A stretch of 64,000 bases of DNA from Pecten maximus. Taxonomy: Eukaryota. Location: positions 5,456,001 to 5,520,000 of the forward strand of contig NC_047029.1 in NCBI RefSeq assembly GCF_902652985.1, in the 5' to 3' direction. The stretch's first letter is position 1, and each line of letters starts with the position of its first letter. The notes below the pieces were generated by a model that searched no databases, was not told the DNA's origin, and saw nothing but the letters and a program-made list of their open reading frames with translations. Positions 54,139 through 64,000 of this stretch are shown here, piece after piece. Both the position numbers and the translations under genes were made by a program.

Positions 54139-54619
54139 TTTGGTTTAGTTTTATTTGCTTAACGTCCTATCAGCAGCTAAGGTCATTTATGGACGGCCTC
54201 CCGTGTGTGCGGTGAGTATTCATACGTGTTTTGGGAGGCTTTGATATGTTTATGTTAAGACTCCTTGTGATAGTCCGGAACTCATTGAAGCATACTGCCC
54301 AAGACACCCAGCAGGACACACCCACCGGTCACATTATACTGACAACGGACAAACCAGTCATCCCACTCCTAATATGCTGAGTGCTAAGCAGGAATAGAAA
54401 CTACTATACTCTGGTATGTCTCGGCCAAGGGGCAGAACTCACAGCCTTCCTCACAGGGTCGAAAGCTCAGCTGGAGGCCAAAAGTGGTGAGGCATTGTCA
54501 AGGGAGACACTGTTGACATAGTTGTTAAAAAAGAAGAGAAAACAGATAAGGTCCCAAATTAAGTCACCTCTTACGATCATGCAATGGTTGCAACATGTTC
54601 ATTTTTTACGCCCTACATG
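54139..54619 (-). mobile_element. Near full-length copy of the long SINE
   Basis: Colinear with 22667-23191; probable 10-bp TSD ccacagtgga (54129) / ccacggtgga (54620). Confidence 0.88.
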
Positions 54620-57600
54620 CCACGGTGGAAGGACCACTTCAACAAAATGCTCGTTTGTTTTTACTGAAAAATAATTCATTTCACGGAGGCAATCATTTAG
54701 AACTAAACGGAGTTTTTTTCTTCCGTAAATTGTGTAATGTGTCTTTTCGTTACAACATTAATGATTCTGGATTTGTTGGTGTGGCGTTCTAACTACGACT
54801 TATAACAACTAGTATTATTCTCTGTATATCAAATAACCCTTTGTTTGAATGTCGTTATCTTTTACTCTTCCCTGGACGCTGTATAACCTATATATGGTGA
54901 CAAGGCGTTACAACAATCAATCAAAAAAATGATATAAAAAGTGAGATGAAAATCTAACCTCCAAAACAGACAATAGAACCATCAACCTCCAAGATCAAGC
55001 GAGACATATTTCACCACTGTAGCGCAGGGTCTATCATCATACCTAGTGTCGACTCGTTAAATGATTTCAAATCAAACACGAGACCAAAAGTAATTAATTT
55101 TGGCCTGCTGCATGCAGAATAAAGTGCTGTGTCATTTGTTTTTGTGGATAACCTTGAATTACTTTTAATGTCACACAGTTCTCTCTTTTGGTAGCAAATG
55201 ATGTATACGGTCATGATTGGAATATTGGATTGTGTCAGTTCAACAAGAAATAAAATCAATATGAGTTGAATTGTGTCAGTGTCGATGTACAATAAAAAAT
55301 ATCAGCACTTGTCATTTTTTGAAATGTTGATAACTAATTCTTTACTTTAAACGTGACAAAAATGGAATCTTCCTTGCGGCAAATACAGAGACCACCCGAA
55401 GGTTTGTTCTACTGCTTACAGATATACCTACATTATGGTAAAAAAAATATGCCTATTTCTTCAGATCAATGATGTTATCCATCGTTCTATCTGTAATTTC
55501 TGTCCTTGTTTTGTTGTTTCATTGACATCATTCTCGTGCGGACCTTGTGGTTACTAGGGCACTAACACATTCCAGAAACAATATTATCTTTCGGTTTTCC
55601 TGTCGTTATAATCGTCTGATGTATGAGATGGCTCTTCCTATGGACTCGTTTTAAGGACAAGTAAAGGACGGCATGCCTATATACCGTTAATACTTGGAAA
55701 ACTTCATCACCGACATTGTTCATTCATATTTTGCAGATTTTGCATATATTAAGTATATACATGATATACAAGAGGTTACAATTGCAAAAGATAAAAGGTT
55801 TAGCGAGCGTGTTTTGTAAGTTTAAAATAATAACGAACTGATGAGACTAAAATAACCACTAGTCATGTGATCTGTTTCTACCAAAATCAGTCGACGGTGG
55901 CGTTATTGTAACCACATATGCGTTTGCTGACATATGCAAATAAGTCATAGTTATAGTATCAGATTTAAAATGACACGAATTAATATGTGAAAATTAGATT
56001 TTAATAAACAATTTATTTTTTTCAAAAATTATTTTGTAAGGAACAAATAGGTGACTAGCACAACAACCAAATTTTTTTCGAACTAGATAATCGGAGATTA
56101 TCTGCGCGTATGTATGTGGTGCACTGTCATCTGCTTCCCGCCAAAAAAAATCGACAAATCGGTGTAACTGTCAAAACCCCCTGGTTTGGTACACTTCTGT
56201 GAGATGGGACGTGTTATTAATGTTCATTGTAAATGTATCCCCGTGTACAACCTGACCTCTGAATAGTAACAGAAATGATTTTTGTGAGACAGATATCATT
56301 GTTTCATTTTCAACTCGAAATTCTCTTCACGTCATCAACACTTTTTTCATATCAAAATCATTGCGAGAGTCCTTTTCGGATAAGTCGTTACATTGACTTT
56401 AAATATTTTACAACGGGCGGTGAGAACGTAACAGATTCCTACGCAGATTTTGTTTGAGTAGCAGTCTGTTCATCAAGTCACAATCCGGAAACGACGGTAT
56501 CACGTGACGTAAATCACGCGCAACTGGGTCAAAGCTCAAATTTTAACCAATCAAACGACCGGAAGATCATACACTTCTAGTGTATGTCCATCGATATATC
56601 AGAGCGTATTGCTGTAGCAATTGCAATATTGTGTATATGATTTTTCTTAATATCGGTACTTTTTGTTCGCTTAATGGCTTTAGCCAAGTAACCCCCCTTC
56701 CTCTATAACCATGCTGAGAGGATGTCGATGCCTACTTGTAAACAATGCTAATGACTTAGCCTGTGGAACTTATTGTTTCCATGAATTGACCATATTTTTA
56801 CACCATTGATTAATGCATTGATGAAGTTAGCACATTTTTAACTATATAGCCCTAAATCAACATTCCAATATCCTTTAATTTACTAACCAATCCAACAGTC
56901 ACATCATTCCTGTGCTAGTCTGAAATCCATACCGAAAAGAAAATTCACGCTAAATACCATTATAACTCGTGTGCATTTTAAGATTGCATTAAATAATAAT
57001 ATCTGACCAATCTATTCCCCGGGTAATACAAGTCGACAAAATATTATCGAATTATATATCAATGGAATACCTGCTGTGTCTTGTCTAGAAATTTTATGTC
57101 GGATTTAGCCCTAGATCCACTGGAAATGTATCTGTAATAGAAACTTTAGTCTGTAAGTCAAACCTAGACGTTCTTTTCATCTTGGGCAAATTTTAAATTG
57201 CATTTGCAAATTAGTTTATTTCTATACCATGGATAGCCGTATCAGCAACCCACTGCCGGCGGTTTGGTAGACACAGTGATAATTGTTCATGACCAGCTTT
57301 ACTCCATAGGAACGTCTTCCAGATATAGTTCGACTTCTGGGGATGACACATCTAAGACCAAAAACTGATTAAATATCAATAAAGTGGCTTCCACATTGCT
57401 TAAAGTACAACGTATACGTGTATATGAAAAAACTTAATCATAAAATACGACGTAGACAATATCGTAACGGAACTAAAACAACCTTAATATCAAAAATGAG
57501 CCAAGGTGGTGGAGAAAGTATATCAACGTATGTAGATAAATAAAATGTCTTCACTAACATTTCGGTTCTTGCTGGACTACTTTCTCGTAAACATGCATTA

Positions 57601-57834
57601 TAAACAAAACCATAGGATAACAAAATATTTTTCACAAACATTATATACATCCTTTTAATTTCCTTTAACTAGCTAGATATTATAAGACAATAATAGCATA
57701 TATCATAAATTTGAAACTCATTAACAGTATAACTAAAAAGTGCTGCATTTATCTCTTTAACGTGCTGAAGATATTTGCACTTAAATTGTGTTTAATTGAT
57801 ATTGGGATCCTTTGTATGATCAAAGATAAAACAC

Positions 57835-58109
57835 TGGTTTAGTATTGTTTAATAAACTATTCAGAGCTGAGGTAATTTAATGACGACTTGTGGTATGTTA
57901 ATGTTGGCGTCCTTAAAATGTCTCGGCCAGGGGAGAGAACCAAAAGCCTTCCTCACAAGGGCGAACGCTCAACTAAAGGACAAAAGTGAGGCATTGTCAA
58001 GGGATACGTTAGAAAGAAGAAAGTTGTAAAGAAAGAAGACAAGATCCCAAATTGAGTCGTCTCTTACTATCATGCAGCAGGTGCAATTCTTACGCCCCAC
58101 CTGCAGGGC
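57835..58109 (-). mobile_element. Internally deleted copy of the long SINE retaining the 5' leader
   Basis: 57918-58109 is colinear with 22992-23196; decayed tail near 57835-57890. Confidence 0.8.
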
Positions 58110-58229
58110 AAATAAAAGAACTGCGATATAAATCCTGCTTTAATGTAATTCATGGTAATCTGCGACAGACATTCAGATTATGTTCATATGTGATATTATA
58201 CACTACCCTTCCTTCCCTAAGGTATTACA

Positions 58230-58388
58230 GGTAGGGCACGCTATCACAAGGACACAAACAACACTAATGTACAGCAGCCTCCCAAAGACCTCGCATTTCC
58301 CAATCGCATGCATTTTGCACACAGGGGAGGCCGTCCTTAACTGATCACCGCTGTTGATAGGAATCCGAAACGAAATCGAAACCACAAA
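58230..58388 (+). mobile_element. Diverged 3' half of the long SINE
   Basis: gcagcctcccaaa...ggaggccgtccttaa...gctgttgatagga. Confidence 0.7.
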
Positions 58389-60870
58389 AGTCACAGTAGA
58401 TCAATAGTCACGCCAGTATTTTATGATAACGGTAGAATCACTGAGTCACGGTCATGATATAACCATAGTCACGTTAGTACCCGACGGTTACGATAGGACC
58501 AGCGTCACAATAGAACCTTAGAGCCAGTTCACTAGGATAATTTTAGTCCAATTTGTATCATATTCTCACGCGAGTCCAATAGTATCGCGCTAATACCATA
58601 GTGCCATTACATTGCGATATTGTGAGAGTAAGATATATTAATTAACGTTGTGCTTTAGAAATGTCAGTAATCAAACGAGGAAATGACAGTTCTGCTAATC
58701 TGAAAAGGCGTCAAAGGCCATGATTAATGACAATGCATACCTTACACAAGCAATTTTGACTGATAAATTACACCATGCATGCATTGTGATATCAAAGATG
58801 TTACGGCTGTTAATAAAGAGAGTTTCGAGCTGTAGAGGGATGTTAAGTGAATCTTGACGATCAGCGTGTTAAAACGAAACACGTTAAACGACGCGTAATG
58901 GGATTGTTGCCTCACTAAAATACATGTAGTGATGAAAATGACAATGAAACTAAAACGGAATGGTGTTTTCAAAATTTGCAAACAGGGAATTGTCGAATTT
59001 GACTTTAGCTGTTGATTCATATGAAGATAACTCCCTGCGGTGATTAATCGAATGTCTTTACAGCGTCCGTATCATGTCGTCTTTACCAAATTATATCACG
59101 TCATTAAAATATCACGTAAATCCCCATCATTGATAACGATTGAATGAGATATAAAATTGTCAACTTCACCAGAATATAAAAAAATATTTGCCTTCATTTC
59201 TGCATTGTTCAATATCTAGCCAATGATTCATTATCATCTAATTTGTGTGGTACCAAAATTAAGCTACTTGCAAAAGATATACGTATATGGAATTATGCCA
59301 CTTGTTGAGCACAATTTAGAAATCGATAGCGGTATTTAGGAGATGTCTGAGTTTAGTGATCTATCCCCTACCTTGGTTCTACTACTTTGGCAGTCTTTCT
59401 GTCTAGTCGTTATTGACGTGTTTTCCTTCATCCATGGAATTCTACATTATTCGTACTACGTCCAAGATCCCCAGCCGTTCAAGGTTAATAATGACCTCTT
59501 ACACAAGAATACATTATAAATAAGAACCTTTGATATACTATTGACCGTTTCAGGCTATTTCCTAAAATGTACTAATTGTCTAGCCTATTGTAAAAGATAC
59601 CTTATGTCGGGAATATTGTATGGGAATCGGTACAGCTATAGCCTTCGGCATACAAGGCTATGAAGCTACGATGTAGGGCCCGAGCGATGGAAATTGACAG
59701 ATTGTGACACAGAGAGAAAATTAAAATTACCAGGATTTGTGTTAACTGATAGACTAGACTGCTGTTATGTTACATAATCTTATATTGATCAAGTGAAAAC
59801 TTTCGCTGTGCTGGTGAAATATTCATTAGATTTGCATCCACTAACGCTTTACGCATCAAGCAAGGCTTCTACGGTGGATATGCATTTGTTCAATCAACAC
59901 CTTTAGTGGATGAACCTAGCGTATAACAAAAACCTTGTCTTTCCTCATAAAGCATTCACTTGCATATTGTTTTACGATCTGCCGATAAAAGAGGCTAATT
60001 TGTTCATACAACACACCAGCAAATTGGTCATCATTGCATTAATGCAACATTTGATTGATGGGGTTCTTATATCTATATTTGAAAACACGCAATTCAGCTT
60101 AAATGTAAGTTTTTTTTATATGTATTTCTTTTTTTCTAAGCGTCTGGTATTGCTTGACCTTGTCCATTTGCAGCAAAGAAAGCAATAAATAGGTACCAAA
60201 ATAAACAAATCACTTCCACACTGACCCTTCTTCCACTTAATATAAATAAATCTTCCACTTTCAATCAATATATATTATCATATGCGAAAGTTAGTTTGGT
60301 GTTTTTTTTTCATTTCCTGTTTTCAGGTAATATGGGGAGTGGTTAACCTAGGTCAGGGGACAGAACACATATTATTTCTCATTTTTGGGCAGGATACATA
60401 TTAAGGATGAAGATAGAAATCATTCGATTAAGTTGACAAGGACAAGGGATAACGTCAACGCATTCCGTAGCTATACATCAATCCACAGGAGTATAAACGA
60501 GAGCATGGCGAGAAAAAATACGAGAATAAGACTAGAAATTGCATCCCACTCATCCTATTACATTGAGTCTTCACCACCAAACTTACGTAATCGGTTAACT
60601 TCTACTAAAGAAACCAAACTTGATCTATTACTCCCATTTTAGCACTTCAGACATTTTTCATGATATTTTCTCTCTGTTTTATTCTTGATGATTTTTATTG
60701 TATTGCGTTTGTTTTCACAAACACGTGTTTCAATTCAAACCTGTCTGGTACAAGGACGTTTAGCACCATAGTTATAAGTTTATGGTGCTTTATGTATGGG
60801 TTAATATATAGTCAATATGAATCCATATACATGTTATTCTGTACAAGATGTTTTTTGTTTTTGTTTTCAG

Positions 60871-61091
60871 TCTCCTGTCTGATATCGCTACCGTACGTTC
60901 TGTTCACGAAGCTCTTAGAAAAAAACGGCGTAAGCGTTTGCACACAGCAATGGCCACTAGAGGGCATGAACAAGGGCATGGCTCTGGGCGTAGTGATAAC
61001 ATCGTACATTCTTCCCTTGGGAGTCATACTCGGCTGTTATGGCAAGATTCTCCAATACCTATGGTGGGGAAGCAAACTCAAGAAACACGAT
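60871..61091 (+). CDS. GPCR third coding exon (end of TM4, ECL2, TM5, start of ICL3), 221 nt
   Basis: Strong ttttttgtttttgttttcag acceptor; (V)SCLISLPY...VCTQQWP...SYILPLGVILGCY; gtaagt donor; phase 1 to phase 0. Confidence 0.93.
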
Positions 61092-63053
61092 GTAAGTACT
61101 ATTCCTTCATGTTGTGATGTTTATGTCGCCTTTACTGCCCGGCCATGAAACGTGTACGTTTTATTTAGGCTTCCATATAACTTGCACTTTCACTTGACAC
61201 ATAATGTCATAGGTAACGTAAACTGGCTATTAGTGTTTGTCTACTCAATGTAATCCGAGGATGATCATGAGTTTAATGTACATACAAGTCCGACGGCTTT
61301 AAATTGTTTCATTGCAGGAAGCGGCATATTCAGTTCATTTCCGAATCCAAGATATTGAGTATAGTTAACAGGCGAAAACCTTCGTCATTGCAGTTGACAA
61401 TGTATTCTGTAAATGAACTTTATCTTAAACGTGAACGATTTAGAAAAAGAACTGATGGCTTCCCTAATATACATGAAGGGCGCGTCTACATGTAATATCG
61501 GACGTCAACGTCCATAAAAATCGAAAATGTTACATGACAAATTATAAGCCTAGATCATTAATCCGACAACAAAACGTGTTCTGAATTTATTGGTATTATA
61601 AAATACCAGCAAGTCCGAATTCAACATTTAGATAACACTTGAAATATTACTTCAGGTTTATTTTCATTTCTAAACGCGAAAGTTGATAACATTTAAATAA
61701 TCACCTTACTATAAAAATAATGTATCAATTGTGTTTAAGAAGTAACTGATTTTGTGTTTGAAGCCTGATGATAATACATTTCGCGATATTTATCGATTCA
61801 ATTTTATATAATACGCAAAACCTTATATAAACTCGTTAGTCATGCTCATTCATTGAGTATAAATCACTTTGTTTTTTAAGTTATTTTAGACGTATGAAAT
61901 ACTAAAATATATCAGGAGCGAGATAAAATGTTAAACCAAAAATAGGTATAACATTCTGTTTATTCTAATCTGGGAACAGCAATCGTAAGAACCAGAACAA
62001 GGAAATAAATAATCTCGAACAAATAAAAAAAAAAAAAAGATATATTAACATTTTGTTCATCATGCAAAACAACTTATGTTTCCAAGAAGACAATAAATCA
62101 CCATATTAGGTGTGTAGAATGATATCAAAAATGAGAATTTAACTTTGTGTCCAATGTCAGATCCAAATCAATATTGCAATACATATTTTTGTTGATTTAG
62201 CTGGCTTTAGCAAACGTGTAATTTATTAACGTGACACAGCATCAGCCACAACCGGAACAAATCATCGGTTCTTATTTCAATACTTGACACTACGCTCCGG
62301 AACCAACCATCGGCGCTTCGAATGCTAACAACTCTCACTGGTCATTCCTATTACATTTTACATCAATGGACCCTGAAAAATAAATCAAATATTTAAGTAT
62401 TCTATTGCAGATTAATATCTTATACACAAATTGATAAGGTTATTGAGATATTTCTTTATTAAGATTTATGGCAATGGCAACATGACTATGTTTTCTTCAG
62501 TAAAAACTACCAACGCTAACATTCTGCTCGAACAGTCGCTTCATGGCCGGCCGCACTTTTACAATTGACCCTGATGTACTTTAAAGTGCTCTTGATATAA
62601 TTCTGTTTCCTCATCGGGTTAATGCTAGGGACATCACGTCCATCTATTGCTTGTTAATGTTACCCTGTATATTTAGTATCTGGTCGGCTTATTCGATTGC
62701 TGAGTGATCTTCCAGGCGGACAGGGGACTGTCTATTGAATCTTAGTTCCCACCAATATCATTATAGGTCAGCTGTGTTCGCGTTGAATTGGACAATGTCA
62801 TACAAGAAGACGATGTGGCAATATGACATCATTGTGCCGTAGTTCTCTCGAATGTAGCCCCCAGACACCAGCATTATTTCAATGATATATTGTCACTCAG
62901 GAAAATGCCAAGTGTTTGCTCGTCGCCCTATGTTTATTTGAATATGTTCACAGCACATGCACATCTAGATCTGGTAATATTGATTTCAATCTGGTGGCAT
63001 TATATTTTTAATATTTTTTTTATAAATTCCTCAATTTTCTTTTACTTAAAATG

Positions 63054-63233
63054 TGGTTTGGTTTTATTTGTTTAACGCCCTATCAACAGCTATGGTCATT
63101 TTAAGGAAGGGCTCCCGTGTGTGCAAAATGCATGCGTGTGGTGAGTGTTTATTTGCGTTTTTGGAGGCTTTGGTATGTTCGTGTTAAGTCTCCTTGTGAT
63201 AGTCCGGAACTTTTGCCGATTTATAGTGCTACC
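63054..63233 (-). mobile_element. 5'-truncated copy of the long SINE
   Basis: Colinear with 22667-22850. Confidence 0.88.
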
Positions 63234-64000
63234 GACGGCTGATTAATTACTTACTTGATCAACGGTTGGTAATCTGTTTATGGTCTTAACAACACACATT
63301 GATTTCATTGACTTATTAAAAATTGCATATGTTCAAAATATAGTTACCTGGAGTTTAGTGTCTAGGCGTCTTGGTTATCGAGAAGCTTGAACTAATTTAA
63401 TCCGGCCATTTGTTAATTGTTGCTACCAAGTATCGTCTGAATCAGTAGTTTATAAGCTGAGTGATGCTAAAATTCCCTCTGTGACACCGGGCGCATCAGC
63501 CATCACGCCCTGGGGTTGAGTTTAAACAGATTACTGGATAAATGATCACTGCATCACCTTCCAATGATCATTGCTACCTAGTTTGATTAAAATTGTGATC
63601 TCACGAATGAAGTTGATTTTATCATTACACCACGAGTGTTCTGAAGGGTCAGCAACTTGCCAAATATAGATTTTGATTCCAATCTGTGGCCGATTTAATG
63701 TTAAAAAGTTACTTAGAGGTGATTTTTTGAAATGTCGTTTTTCTTAAGTATTTGCCACCAAAACTGACAAGACGTAAAATCAAGTCAGTGTGAACTACTT
63801 TTTTTTAGATATTTTTTACATTTTTGTGAAATTGTGTTTCTAAACACCTATATAACAGAAACTTCAAAATGTTATTTTAACTTCAATATTGTATTTGTAT
63901 CAGCCCGAAAAATGAAAGTTGCATTTTACATCCTTATTTCCAAAGGGAACCATTTTCAATTTCCGAAAGGGACTAAATATGAAATGTCTGACCTTAAAAT

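Noticed and set aside
55838-55870. Possible second hammerhead (ctgatga-gacta...tagtc)
   Set aside because: Stem II is present, but the GAAA core and stems I/III are missing.
56480-56570. Cluster of CACGTGAC, CCAAT and CCGGAAG motifs
   Set aside because: Short motifs with no linked gene start; could be chance or TE-derived.
61092-64000. GPCR TM6/TM7 exon
   Set aside because: No CWxP or NPxxY-coding exon found; presumably beyond the window.

Overview
AT-rich animal genomic DNA, most likely from a bivalve mollusc (inferred from the SINE and Penelope repertoire). Most of the window is one + strand rhodopsin-family neuropeptide GPCR gene, most similar to kisspeptin-receptor/GPR54-type receptors. 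Three coding exons (11614-11970, 35113-35248, 60871-61091) encode TM1-TM5; TM6-7 are not in the window. They are separated by introns of about 23 kb and 25.6 kb. The window opens with a decayed Penelope-like retroelement (RT plus GIY-YIG) that carries an intact minimal hammerhead ribozyme. The introns hold three SINE families sharing one 3' tail, a LINE fragment, foldback elements and three large tandem arrays. The most striking feature is the ~8.3 kb array of 35-bp units (~236 copies) abutting coding exon 2. It is an amplification of that exon's own 3' splice site plus its first codons, giving ~200+ tandem decoy acceptors, with fossil longer units at the 5' end and a distinct branch point/pyrimidine tract only on the last, real copy. 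A second 51-bp array in the same intron reads as repeated 48-nt mini-introns around 3-nt spacers. One SINE family has a structured 5' leader with compensatory base changes. Nearly all long ORFs in the supplied track are repeat artefacts. No database searches were possible, so family names rest on motif recognition.
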